From: Verrucomicrobiia bacterium
Lineage (GTDB): Bacteria > Verrucomicrobiota > Verrucomicrobiia > Limisphaerales > Palsa-1400
Direction of reading: 5' to 3'
Assembly (NCBI GenBank): GCA_036268455.1
Contig: DATAUD010000119.1
Coordinates: forward strand, 21,155 to 85,154
DNA: 64,000 bases
Below the pieces are notes generated by a model that was not told the DNA's origin, made no database searches, and was given only the letters and a program-made list of their open reading frames with translations. This document shows positions 27,236 to 36,195 of this stretch, one piece after another. The translations under genes and the position numbers were made by a program. How positions within the stretch are numbered: position 1 is the first letter of the stretch; every line of letters starts with the position of its first letter.

Positions 27236-27278
27236 GCGAAAGTGGTGTGAGGAATTTTTATTTTGAACCCGAGTCTGT

Positions 27279-28388
27279 TTGAAATCGTTGATACCCAGTT
27301 TGAATGGTTTGAGGGCGATTAGCATTTTGCTCGTGATATCGTGTCACGCAAACATCTGCTATCAATTCGTCGGCTCCAAATCCCCGCTTTCACTCTGCGC
27401 GGACGGGCGTTTTGGGGTGGGGGTTTTCTTCGTGATTTCGGGATTTCTCATCACGACGCTCTTGTTGAGGGAGGAGGAAGAAAACGGGCGGATATCCATC
27501 AAGAAGTTTTATCTCAGAAGAGCGTTCAGAATTCTGCCGGCCTATTACGCGGTACTTTTGGCGTATGCCGTTTTGCAATGGGCGTCGGTCTTGCGGATCA
27601 GCCTCGCTTCATGGATGACCGCGCTCACTTATACGAGCGTTTTTTACCCGGGCGGATGGGAAACCGCCCACTTTTGGTCGCTTTCAACGGAGGAAATATT
27701 TTACCTGGCGTGGCCGTTTATCTTTGTCATGTCACCAAAGTTCCGAAAGTCCTTTTCAATTTTAGTGGTGGCCTATTACCTGGTCTTAAGATTGGCGCAG
27801 GCAATTTTTCCCGCGATTGAAATGGGATCGCTCGCGGGAGATGCCATCATGTGGGGGTGCATTTTTGCCCTCTGGCATGAGGAAATACTCGGGGCGCTGA
27901 CTCGCGCGATTAATCGGTGCCGGGCCTTGGCATGTCTGCCTTTTTTGATGATTTTCCTGCTGAAACTCGCCGGCAATATCCAAAGCAACAGCCTCGCGTT
28001 CAGGATTGTCAATGGAGCGATGGGCACGACGGTTGGAACGGTTGCGGATGTTTGCATCGGCCTGATCATTTTATTTTCCATCCATTTCACGCATAATTTC
28101 TGGTTCGCCTTTTTGAATTTCAAATGGGTCAGCCGGGTCGGAATACTTTCCTACAGTTTGTATCTCTGGCAGGAACTTTTCTTTGTCCCAAGTCTTGGAA
28201 TATTGTCGGTTTTTCCAATTAATTTCTTGTGCATGTTCATCGTCGCGGCTCTTTCGTATTGGCTGATTGAAAAGCCTTTCTTGCGCTTTAGGCCAGGCGC
28301 GGAACCCAGGCGCCAGCTAACTCCTGTCGTTGGCAATAATTCCATCCGGCTGGGAAGTGCCCGGCTGCCTGTGGATCTTCTTGGATGA
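27279..28388 (+). CDS. acyltransferase family 3 (OafA/YrhL-like) membrane protein
   Basis: TTG start. LNGLRAISILLVISCH, FFVISGFLIT and RRAFRILPAYY motifs; about 10 TM helices. Visibly lower GC than its neighbours (not computed). Confidence 0.8.
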   Translation: MKSLIPSLNGLRAISILLVISCHANICYQFVGSKSPLSLCADGRFGVGVFFVISGFLITTLLLREEEENGRISIKKFYLRRAFRILPAYYAVLLAYAVLQWASVLRISLASWMTALTYTSVFYPGGWETAHFWSLSTEEIFYLAWPFIFVMSPKFRKSFSILVVAYYLVLRLAQAIFPAIEMGSLAGDAIMWGCIFALWHEEILGALTRAINRCRALACLPFLMIFLLKLAGNIQSNSLAFRIVNGAMGTTVGTVADVCIGLIILFSIHFTHNFWFAFLNFKWVSRVGILSYSLYLWQELFFVPSLGILSVFPINFLCMFIVAALSYWLIEKPFLRFRPGAEPRRQLTPVVGNNSIRLGSARLPVDLLG

Positions 28389-28646
28389 TGTGGCGGCTTG
28401 CCTTGCTGCTGACTATTCCTCCATCATTTTTTACGGTTTGAAGCGTCCCTTTGCAAAGCCTGTTGAATGACTTCCGGAGATATATAAAAACTGGTGTGGG
28501 CAAGCCGGGAAAATGCCTCTGAAAGCAATGTGTGCCGCGGTATTGCAGGATCAGTTTTTGGCTCGCCCTCATCCTCGGAACTCTTCTCCCCCAGAAGAAG
28601 GAAAAGTGGACGCGCTGGCCGAATTTTGGGTCGCATTAGCTTCGCC

Positions 28647-28670
28647 AAAAGCCCCCAAATTTTCAAGGGC
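28647..28670 (-). terminator. weak hairpin + U-run downstream of ndh
   Basis: Minus sense: GCCCU-loop-GGGGC followed by UUUU (plus-strand AAAA at 28647-50). Short stem. Confidence 0.3.
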
Positions 28671-28678
28671 CGCTTTCG

Positions 28679-29947
28679 TTATTGGGCGTTTTCCTTCCCG
28701 CCCACCACAATCCGCGCCCCGCGTTTGTACGTGATGTACGAGTAGAACCATTGGAACAGAACTGAGAGCTTGTTGCGGAACCCGACCAGAAAAATCAAAT
28801 GAACCATCAGCCACGCCATCCACGCCAAAAAACCCGAAAAATGCAGCTTGCCAACCTCTGCGACGGCTGCCGAACGCCCAATCGTCGCCATGGTCCCCTT
28901 ATCAAAATATTTAAAAGGCGGCCTTTTCGCGTTTGCCGGGGAAGCCAGTTGCGCTTCGATAATTCGCGCGGTATGCCGGGCCATCTGCATCGCGGCGGGC
29001 GACACTCCCGGGACCGGTTTCCCATTCGATCCCAGAACCAGCGCCATGTCGCCAATCGCAAAAACTTCCGGATGCCCCGGGAGGCTGAGATCCGAATTCA
29101 CCTTGACTCGCCCGGCGCGATCCAGCTCAACGCCCAGCTTTTTGGTCAGCGGATTTGCCGCGACCCCCGCCGTCCAGAAAATATTCTCGGCGCGAATGAT
29201 TTCGCCATTGTCAAATTCCACCCGGTCCCGGCCAAGGTTTTTGACAAGGGTATTGAGCCGAACGCGAACGCCCAATGCCTCCAACTGCTCTTGCGCGCTG
29301 GCCGACAAATCCGGCGCCAGATGCGGGAGAATCGCGCTTCCCCCTTCGACGAGTACGATGTGCGCCTTGGCCGAGTCGATATGCCGAAAATCCGAGCGCA
29401 GAACCTTGCGTGTCAATTCAGCAAACGCGCCCGCCAGTTCCACGCCGGTCGGACCCGCGCCCACGATAAGGACGGTCATCAGACGTTCCTGTTCTTCCGG
29501 CGACCGTTCCGCCTCGGCCTTCTCGAAAGCCAGGAGCACGCGCGCGCGAATCCGGAGGGCATCCTCCAATGATTTCAACCCCGGGGCGAACGACTCCCAT
29601 TCTGGATGACCGAAATAGCTGGTGCATCCTCCAAGGGCGAGCACCAGAAAATCGTAACTCAACTCGCCACCCGCAAGGACAACTTTTTTCTCGGCCAGTT
29701 TAAAATCCGCGACGGATTCCATGAGCACCGAGACATTTTGTTTGCGCGACAAGATGGATCGAATCGGCTGGGCAATATCGGGCGCCGAAAGGCCCGCCGT
29801 TGCGACCTGATAGAGCAGGGGTTGGAAAAGATGATGATTCGTGCGATCCACCAGGGTGATTCGAGCCGCTGGGTGACGAAACCTCTCGCAAAATTCCAGC
29901 CCGCCGAACCCCGCGCCCAAAACCACGATATGCGCTCCAGAAGCCAT
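28679..29947 (-). CDS. ndh: type II NADH:quinone oxidoreductase (NDH-2)
   Basis: HIVVLGAGFGGL and LIVGAGPTGVELAG dinucleotide-binding motifs; C-terminal amphipathic membrane anchor. Confidence 0.9.
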   Translation of the reverse strand: MASGAHIVVLGAGFGGLEFCERFRHPAARITLVDRTNHHLFQPLLYQVATAGLSAPDIAQPIRSILSRKQNVSVLMESVADFKLAEKKVVLAGGELSYDFLVLALGGCTSYFGHPEWESFAPGLKSLEDALRIRARVLLAFEKAEAERSPEEQERLMTVLIVGAGPTGVELAGAFAELTRKVLRSDFRHIDSAKAHIVLVEGGSAILPHLAPDLSASAQEQLEALGVRVRLNTLVKNLGRDRVEFDNGEIIRAENIFWTAGVAANPLTKKLGVELDRAGRVKVNSDLSLPGHPEVFAIGDMALVLGSNGKPVPGVSPAAMQMARHTARIIEAQLASPANAKRPPFKYFDKGTMATIGRSAAVAEVGKLHFSGFLAWMAWLMVHLIFLVGFRNKLSVLFQWFYSYITYKRGARIVVGGKENAQ

Positions 29948-30096
29948 CGTGCAACATCGCCCCTTGACCGTTCCGGTGTCAACCGCGAGGCAAAGTTAGG
30001 TGGGTGATTGGGCCTGTACGAGAAGCCGGGGCAATCTCAAATATCCTTGCCATTGGTCCAATTTTAGCAATAGGCTATTTGCAGTTAAAATTGGAT

Positions 30097-30172
30097 GGGG
30101 TCGTAGCTCAGTTGGTAGAGCGTCTCGTTCGCAATGAGAAGGTCAGGGGTTCGACTCCCCTCGGCTCCACCA
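30097..30172 (+). tRNA. tRNA-Ala (anticodon CGC)
   Basis: Hand-folded cloverleaf. Acceptor GGGGTCG/CGGCTCC with the G3:U70 alanine identity pair, D-arm GCTC-AGTTGGTA-GAGC, anticodon loop TTCGCAA, T-arm AGGGG-TTCGACT-CCCCT, encoded CCA. Confidence 0.9.
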
Positions 30173-30187
30173 TTCCATCCTTATTTT

Positions 30188-30227
30188 GGCGCCACTTTTG
30201 GTGCCGCTTATTTGTGTCGATAAGCGG
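30188..30227 (+). terminator. two tandem hairpins downstream of tRNA-Ala
   Basis: GGCGCCA-CTTT-TGGTGCC (30188-30205) and CCGCTTAT-N8-ATAAGCGG (30204-30227), followed by TGTTTG. Confidence 0.35.
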
Positions 30228-30252
30228 TGTTTGACGCTCTCGGACCGGATGC

Positions 30253-32220
30253 TCATTTAAAACTGATTACTGTCAGGGAATCCGCAGGGAACGTATAAGT
30301 TGCGCGGCCTTCGTGAAAATCATCCCGCCATTGCGTAAGCATGGGCTTTACGAATTGAGGATTGGCCGCGGTATTCCGGGCGTCCAATGCCCCGGAGAGA
30401 GTCTCCACTCTGGCCGCATACCGGCGCGGGATAAAGCTTTCGAGGTGAATGGCGGCAGTGACGGGTTGATCATTAAAGTTGACAACTTGCAGAACCAAAA
30501 TCTTGTTGTCTTCACTGCGCGTCGCGGCGACATCCAGAGCGGCTCCGTCGTTTTCGACTTGGCTCTTGACGAGGATTGGCTGGCGGTTTCTGGAGAGCAT
30601 TTGCGTCACATATCCGGGCGGCTGGAGCCACACTTGGGAGGGGTTCAGGAACAACAGCCCCTGGTCCCAGCCATTGTCGTTCTGGCCGTCGGGTTGCAGG
30701 CAGTTGGCCGAGGTGGCAATGGGAAGTCTTCCGTCGCGTTCGACGGTGTTTATCGCGGCGGCGTTGGCCAGAGCGCGCCGTTGGGAATGGTTCCCGGCGT
30801 TGAATTCAAAAATAACGACGTGATGTTTTGCGCCGTTGGAAAGCTTGTCGAGAGCATCGATGTAACTCAGCGTGCCACCGAAATCAGGCCGCGGGCCGTC
30901 TGTGCCGACATGAACGTCGAACCACACCTCACGGTTATGCTGTCTGGCCAATTGGAGAATTTTTTGATGCGCGGCGAGAGTGGTTATGCGGCTGTCAGCT
31001 CCCGAAAAATTGAACGGGTCTTGAATTGGATGGTGGTACGAAAAATCGCCCACCACAAGAACGATGAAAGGGTCCCTGGCCCAGATGGACTCGGCGATGG
31101 GCTTGAATTTCCACCAATAATTCTCATTGACCGTCTCTTCATTCCCAAGTTCGAGATATTTTAAATGATACGGCGCGGGATGACCGTTTTCGGCCCGCTT
31201 ATGTCCCCAAATGGTGTCCGTGGAACCATTGGCATAATCGATGAAGTCGGCCATATCCTGCGGAGTTTCGTTTACATTGATATCCGGCACCGCAACGAAT
31301 CCCGCCGCCTGGCAAAAACTCAGAAACTCGAATATCCCCCAGCCATCGGACGAGTGCGGACGCCACGTGCCCGCATAAGGAGGCCGAAACGCTCGCGGAC
31401 CAATCATATTCTTCCATCGATACTCCGAGGCATTCACCATGCTGCCGCCGTAACGCAGGACGGTGATGCCCTGGTTGACAAGCCCGCGCGCCACATCCTT
31501 GCGAACAGGCAGATTCTTGAAGCGGCCCCACGGCCCCGGTTGAAGTAAAACGTAGCCGATCGTGATTGTTCCCGGTTGCTTGAGCTTGATGGCAAAACGC
31601 CCGGCTTTGTCCATGGCATTGGGCGTGAGAGTGAAATCGATTCGCTTCCAATCGCCCTTATCGAGATAGCAACGCTTTTCGGCGTAGAGAGACGCCCCAT
31701 CGTGGCTTTCAAGCGCAACAAACACATCGATGGGTAATGTCGCGCGCGCCCAAATATAACCTTCGTAGGTTTTATGTTTGACAAAATTCATGCCCCAACG
31801 ATTGAGGCTCTCGTTTTCAATCCCGAGTTCCCCGGTTCCGGTGTCAAAGGTGATCCGCTGGCTTTGATGGCCCGCAAACGGACTTTGCTCATCCAGCGAG
31901 AATTGTCCTTTCGCCGTTCCACGTCGAAGATCTCGCCACATTCCGCTCACGCCGTCAGACCAGTTGTTCGGGAGATTTTGGGAAGGCGGGAGTGCGGCCT
32001 CGGCGAAACTCTCCCCATTGATCATCTGGCTATCGATGCCGCCATAGACCTCATGGTTCACATCCTCAAGGCACGCTCCCGTCAATAATGGAGAGAGGCG
32101 GTGTTGAGGTTCGTCGGCATGGACGGTAATGGTGGCTTGTTGGGCCCAACCTGGCAGCGGCAGAAAACTAAGAATTGCCAGCGCCGTAATTGTCCGATTC
32201 GACTTCTTGAGCACGGCCAA
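30253..32220 (-). CDS. secreted clan GH-A glycoside hydrolase, GH51-like (alpha-L-arabinofuranosidase family)
   Basis: Signal peptide. N-terminal LTGACLEDVNHEVYGGIDSQMINGESFAE resembles GH51 N-terminal regions; YLELGNEE acid/base motif. Family assignment by memory only. Confidence 0.65.
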   Translation of the reverse strand: MAVLKKSNRTITALAILSFLPLPGWAQQATITVHADEPQHRLSPLLTGACLEDVNHEVYGGIDSQMINGESFAEAALPPSQNLPNNWSDGVSGMWRDLRRGTAKGQFSLDEQSPFAGHQSQRITFDTGTGELGIENESLNRWGMNFVKHKTYEGYIWARATLPIDVFVALESHDGASLYAEKRCYLDKGDWKRIDFTLTPNAMDKAGRFAIKLKQPGTITIGYVLLQPGPWGRFKNLPVRKDVARGLVNQGITVLRYGGSMVNASEYRWKNMIGPRAFRPPYAGTWRPHSSDGWGIFEFLSFCQAAGFVAVPDINVNETPQDMADFIDYANGSTDTIWGHKRAENGHPAPYHLKYLELGNEETVNENYWWKFKPIAESIWARDPFIVLVVGDFSYHHPIQDPFNFSGADSRITTLAAHQKILQLARQHNREVWFDVHVGTDGPRPDFGGTLSYIDALDKLSNGAKHHVVIFEFNAGNHSQRRALANAAAINTVERDGRLPIATSANCLQPDGQNDNGWDQGLLFLNPSQVWLQPPGYVTQMLSRNRQPILVKSQVENDGAALDVAATRSEDNKILVLQVVNFNDQPVTAAIHLESFIPRRYAARVETLSGALDARNTAANPQFVKPMLTQWRDDFHEGRATYTFPADSLTVISFK

Positions 32221-32302
32221 AAGTTGCCAGAGATGACTTTATCCGCAAGCAGTTCCATAGAACGCCGAAGGATTTTGCGGTGGCTGTCGTGTTTCTGTAT
32301 GA

Positions 32303-33085
32303 ATGAACACGAACCGTATCCGCCAGCTTATAAAGAAACCTATTAGTCTTGCCGTTTGCCTGTTTGCATTGACGCTTACGCCGGTCGTCGCCCAGCAGTC
32401 CGTTATCAGTTATCAATGGCATGGTGTGAACGGGAATGCGCCCGCGACCAATTTAACCCGATTCAATCTCGACTTTCCTGGCGGCGGCCCAAAGGACCTG
32501 GTAGCCGCAATCGAAAAAGCAACCGGCAAACCGTTGAACGCGATCATTTCCGAGGAGGACAGCGCCGTGAGTCTGCCGCCTCTAAAAATGAATAACGTGA
32601 ATGTCGCGCAATTGTTTCAAGCATTGGAAGCCGCCAGCATTAAAACGGTAGCCATGTCTATGGGCAATAACACTTGGTCGCAGTATGGGGTTAATTATGG
32701 TTTCAGAATCGCGCCGGATCAAACTCCAACGGACGATTCAATTTGGTATTTTCATTCTGAAAAGCCGGTGCGGCCGCCGTCCACCAAGGTTTGCAGGTTC
32801 TATTCACTGGAGCCTTACCTGATACGGGGGTTTACGGTGGACGACATCACGACGGCGATTCAGACGGGGTGGAAAATGTCGGGCGAAACATCGCCGCCGG
32901 CGCTGGAGTATCACAAGGAAACAAAGCTGTTGATTGCTTTCGGCGACCCGAAGGAGCTGGATACCATCCAGCAAGTGCTTGACACGCTTCCGAAAACATT
33001 TTTCCACAACAAGAAAAACCCGCCGGAGGATGCCTCGGAATCGCCGGGGTCTCCCACCGCGCCAGCCGAAAAGCCTGGAAAATGA
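32303..33085 (+). CDS. secreted hypothetical protein
   Basis: Signal peptide (PISLAVCLFALTLTPVVAQQ). The FNLDFPGGGPKDLVAAIEKATGKPLNAII...LKMNNVNVAQLFQALE segment resembles secretin-N/STN-like modules. Pro-rich tail. Confidence 0.55.
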   Translation: MNTNRIRQLIKKPISLAVCLFALTLTPVVAQQSVISYQWHGVNGNAPATNLTRFNLDFPGGGPKDLVAAIEKATGKPLNAIISEEDSAVSLPPLKMNNVNVAQLFQALEAASIKTVAMSMGNNTWSQYGVNYGFRIAPDQTPTDDSIWYFHSEKPVRPPSTKVCRFYSLEPYLIRGFTVDDITTAIQTGWKMSGETSPPALEYHKETKLLIAFGDPKELDTIQQVLDTLPKTFFHNKKNPPEDASESPGSPTAPAEKPGK

Positions 33086-33095
33086 ATTTGCGCTC

Positions 33096-33737
33096 GTGGC
33101 TAAATGGGTTTGCTTGCACGAAGACGCTCAACCTTCCGGGCCGTCTGCTTCGTCAGGAGAGCGGAGCTTGCGCCAAACGCCGGACGTTTCGGCGCTGACC
33201 CGCGGGATGTCGAAAGGCGACGAAATGGCCTACCGCATTTTTTACGACGCTTATTTTGACCGGCTGCTGCGCTATCTGCTCGTGGTGACCGCAGGCGAAG
33301 AGGAGGCCGCGCGCGAGGCCTTGCAACTCGCCCTCGTCCGCGTCACTAGACACATTAAAGTCTTCGAGGCGGAGGAGAAATTCTGGAGTTGGCTCACCGT
33401 TCTTGCGCGTAGCGCTCTGACGGACGAAAGGCGCAAGCGAGGCCGGTATTTCGCTTTTTTAAGGAGATTCGCGTCGCATTCGGAACTCGAAGGTATAATT
33501 AAATATGACGGGGAAGCGGACGAAACGCTGGGCGCGTTATTGAAAGCCAAACTGGCATTGCTGCCGGACGATGAAAAGCAATTGATCGAGCAGAAATACA
33601 CCGCGCGCCGGAGCGTGCGGGAAATTGCGGAGGAATGCCAAACGACGGAAAAGGCAGTGGAATCCAAATTGTCCCGCATCCGCCGCAAACTGAAGGACGC
33701 CGTCCTGATGGAATTGAAAAATGAACAACCGCGCTGA
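33096..33737 (+). CDS. ECF (sigma-70 family) RNA polymerase sigma factor
   Basis: Region 2 (KGDEMAYRIFYDAYFDRLLRYLLVVTAGEEEAAREALQLALVRV) and region 4 (YTARRSVREIAEECQTTEKAVESKLSRIRRKL). Start uncertain: GTG 33096, TTG 33114, or the first ATG at 33207, which would truncate region 2. Confidence 0.75.
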   Translation: MAKWVCLHEDAQPSGPSASSGERSLRQTPDVSALTRGMSKGDEMAYRIFYDAYFDRLLRYLLVVTAGEEEAAREALQLALVRVTRHIKVFEAEEKFWSWLTVLARSALTDERRKRGRYFAFLRRFASHSELEGIIKYDGEADETLGALLKAKLALLPDDEKQLIEQKYTARRSVREIAEECQTTEKAVESKLSRIRRKLKDAVLMELKNEQPR

Positions 33738-34227
33738 CGAAGATGATTTGCTCGCCGCCATGCTTGCGGAAGGTTCCCCCCCGGATTTTCGAGCCGCGTT
33801 GCTGGGCCAGACGTTGAGATCGGCGCGACGGCGCCGACGTGTGCGGCAGGCGCGGCGAGTCGGGGGCGTCCTGATCGCGTTGCTTTTGACGGCGATTGTT
33901 GTCAAACATAAGTTGTCGAAGCCATCCGTTATTTTGCCCCTGGTGGCGAAACAGGAAGCGCCGGTGAATTACAACCTCGTTCGCACTCAACCGCTGTCCG
34001 CAAACGAGGTGACGACGACCCGGCCATTTTCCGGCATGCAGTTGTTGTCGTCGGTTTCTGCCGTAGCTGAAGTGGCTACTGCTAACGGCGGATATCGCCA
34101 GATCGATGACCACGAGCTTCTGGCTTTGCTTTCGGGCCGGCCGGCGGTTTTGATCCGGACCGGCCCGCACTCCGAAGAACTGGTTTTCGCCAGTCCGGAA
34201 GATCGAAAATCAGTGCTTGCAAATTGA
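33721..34227 (+). CDS. putative anti-sigma factor (single-pass membrane protein)
   Basis: Overlaps the sigma gene by 17 nt. Cytoplasmic N-terminus, Arg-rich stop-transfer + TM (RRRRRVRQARRVGGVLIALLLTAIVV), short periplasmic tail. Confidence 0.55.
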   Translation: MNNRADEDDLLAAMLAEGSPPDFRAALLGQTLRSARRRRRVRQARRVGGVLIALLLTAIVVKHKLSKPSVILPLVAKQEAPVNYNLVRTQPLSANEVTTTRPFSGMQLLSSVSAVAEVATANGGYRQIDDHELLALLSGRPAVLIRTGPHSEELVFASPEDRKSVLAN

Positions 34228-34267
34228 CCTTGCGGGCTTGGCGCATCCAAAAACACGCTTTGACGTT

Positions 34268-34813
34268 ATGAAACCTCCGGAACGAATCGCACTTCACAAG
34301 GGCAAATTTCTGGCGCTCATAAAAGAGGGCCATTGGGAATACGCTGAACGCGTTAATGCCAGCGGCGCCGTGATTATTGTTGCGGTCACCGGCGAACGGA
34401 AGCTTTTGCTGGTCGAACAATATCGCATTCCGATTCACGCGCGGGCAATTGAAATGCCGGCGGGAATCATCGGCGACGAACCTGGCGGCTCCGGCGAAAG
34501 TATCGCGGCCGCAACCAAACGCGAACTTCTTGAAGAGACCGGTTATTCCGCTGAAGTCGTCGAAATCCTCACTACAGGGCCGTCTTCAGCGGGACTGGCT
34601 TCCGAGTTGATCACATTGGTGATGGCTTCGGGTTTGAAACGGGTCCATGCGGGCGGCGGAATCGCGAGCGAAAATATCACGGTGCACGAAGTTCCTTTGG
34701 GGGATGTTCAACAATGGCTGGCCGCAAAAGAAAGGCAAGGTTTGATGGTCGAGCCGAAGGTTTATGCGGGACTCTATTTTCTATTGAAGGAAAATCAAGC
34801 TGCGGGACCGTAA
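34268..34813 (+). CDS. NUDIX hydrolase (ADP-ribose pyrophosphatase-like)
   Basis: Trimmed to MKPPERIALHKGKFL. Nudix box GIIGDEPGGSGESIAAATKRELLEETG. Confidence 0.85.
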   Translation: MKPPERIALHKGKFLALIKEGHWEYAERVNASGAVIIVAVTGERKLLLVEQYRIPIHARAIEMPAGIIGDEPGGSGESIAAATKRELLEETGYSAEVVEILTTGPSSAGLASELITLVMASGLKRVHAGGGIASENITVHEVPLGDVQQWLAAKERQGLMVEPKVYAGLYFLLKENQAAGP

Positions 34814-34826
34814 AACCCTTAAACCC

Positions 34827-36110
34827 CTAGAGCGACGGCGGCTGGTTCGTAAGCGAGATTTCGCCGCGCAGCATTTTCGTTCCGGCGCCAACCAGTTTGA
34901 GATAAAAATCGCTGGGCAGCCCGTCGTAAGTCACGAACTTCGACGCTTGACCCACTGGAACGTCATTGCTGCATTTGAAAATCGCCGTACCCTCATCCAT
35001 TTCATCGAACATCGCCACATAGAGCATCGACGCGCCGGCGCGAGTATCTCCGTAGAATTGCGACCAGAGAAATTCTCCGTGCCGCCGGGGAATCTGGTCC
35101 AGCGTTCCGCCTTTAAGATTGTGCCAGCTAAAGCCGGGGAAAATGACCGGCAGATAGTCGATCTGCCGCTGGCGGCACCAGGCGAGGTCTCCCGCAAGAA
35201 TGGTTTCCGCGTATGCGGCGGCGCTGCGGGGATTTGTGTAGCGCCCGACGGTCCAGGGACTGACGATGTCGGCGATTTTGATAATATCGAGAAGCGCTGG
35301 ATCACTGACAGAATCCGCTGTCAGCTCGCGCCAATGCGTCGGAATGCCCACCATGACAGAGCAACCATCGGCCTTGAGAAATTCAACCAATTGCCGGCAC
35401 TCCGCCAGGGTGTATGCGCGGTGGTCATTGAACCCGATCCCCCAAACGCTGACGACAGGTTTGCCGTGATGATGGAGATAAGCGGGGTCCTGCGTGATTT
35501 GCCACTTCTGCCGAAGCGTCCGCCAATCTTCCATCACCTCGTTAATCCTGCCCGCGCCCAATCCACTCAGATCGTACATCACAGCATAGACGCGCCCAAA
35601 TTGATTGGCTCCTTCGCGGCAGTTGGCGAGCATGGTGTCGCAATGTCTCAACGATTCGGGCGAACGTAAGCTGGCGATAAAACGCTGCACGAAAACGCCG
35701 TCGATGCCGTAGTTGCGCATCCATTTAAAATGCCGCAAGACAGTCGTTTTGTTAAACGAACTGAACACTTTGGCCGGTTGGCCATTGGTTAGATTTATGT
35801 CGGTGGCAAAGAGTTCGCCGGGTCCCAATTCGGAAACATCGGGCCAAAGATCAACCGTGATGGCGCCGTCCGCCGGCGCGCCAGGACGGCGTGTCCAGTG
35901 CCGCCAACCGCGCGAGGCGTTGCCGTCGCCCGCCGCCCCGAACCACCCTTGGTAGCCGCACATTACCTTGCCCGTAAGTGTGCTGGCATCGATGCCCGTC
36001 ACCGTTGGGCCGTGGTAAGGAGACGCTGTCGCGGGAATGCTTTCATCAGCCCACGAAATGTGAATTGGCAAAAGAGCGGCGAAAGCAAGGGAGACAAATG
36101 TGCGCAACAT
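34827..36110 (-). CDS. secreted putative glycoside hydrolase (TIM-barrel, GYQGWF-motif family)
   Basis: Start placed at MLRTFVSLAFAALLPIHISWA (signal peptide; alternative ATG at 36149). MCGYQGWFGAAGDG...WPDVSE...GIDGVFVQRF pattern recalled from PVC/Bacteroidetes proteins annotated as xylosidase/arabinosidase. Family not verified. Confidence 0.6.
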   Translation of the reverse strand: MLRTFVSLAFAALLPIHISWADESIPATASPYHGPTVTGIDASTLTGKVMCGYQGWFGAAGDGNASRGWRHWTRRPGAPADGAITVDLWPDVSELGPGELFATDINLTNGQPAKVFSSFNKTTVLRHFKWMRNYGIDGVFVQRFIASLRSPESLRHCDTMLANCREGANQFGRVYAVMYDLSGLGAGRINEVMEDWRTLRQKWQITQDPAYLHHHGKPVVSVWGIGFNDHRAYTLAECRQLVEFLKADGCSVMVGIPTHWRELTADSVSDPALLDIIKIADIVSPWTVGRYTNPRSAAAYAETILAGDLAWCRQRQIDYLPVIFPGFSWHNLKGGTLDQIPRRHGEFLWSQFYGDTRAGASMLYVAMFDEMDEGTAIFKCSNDVPVGQASKFVTYDGLPSDFYLKLVGAGTKMLRGEISLTNQPPSL

Positions 36111-36147
36111 CGGTCGAAGAGTTTGCCAACAAGCGCAACTTTGTGAC

Positions 36148-36166
36148 ATCCCCTAAAACGGGGAGT
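36148..36166 (-). repeat. CCCC-loop-GGGGAU hairpin motif, copy 1 (sense ACUCCCCGUUUUAGGGGAU)
   Basis: Read directly. Lies 37 nt upstream of the ATG at 36110. Confidence 0.6.
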
Positions 36167-36195
36167 CCGCAAAGCCTTGTGATTGTTCGCGCAAA

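Noticed and set aside
28424-28666. 80-aa ORF in the 290-bp convergent spacer between the acyltransferase and ndh
   Set aside because: No RBS, no motif, and the composition is not coding-like. The region more likely holds terminators. A small RNA cannot be excluded, but I saw no convincing structure.
30004-30234. 76-aa ORF overlapping the tRNA
   Set aside because: It spans tRNA-Ala (30097..30172), so the ORF is an artefact of translating a structural RNA.
29948-32220. tRNA-Ala as a possible genomic-island integration site
   Set aside because: No integrase, no direct repeat of the tRNA 3' end, and no obvious compositional break next to it. The neighbouring genes (ndh and a glycoside hydrolase) look native.
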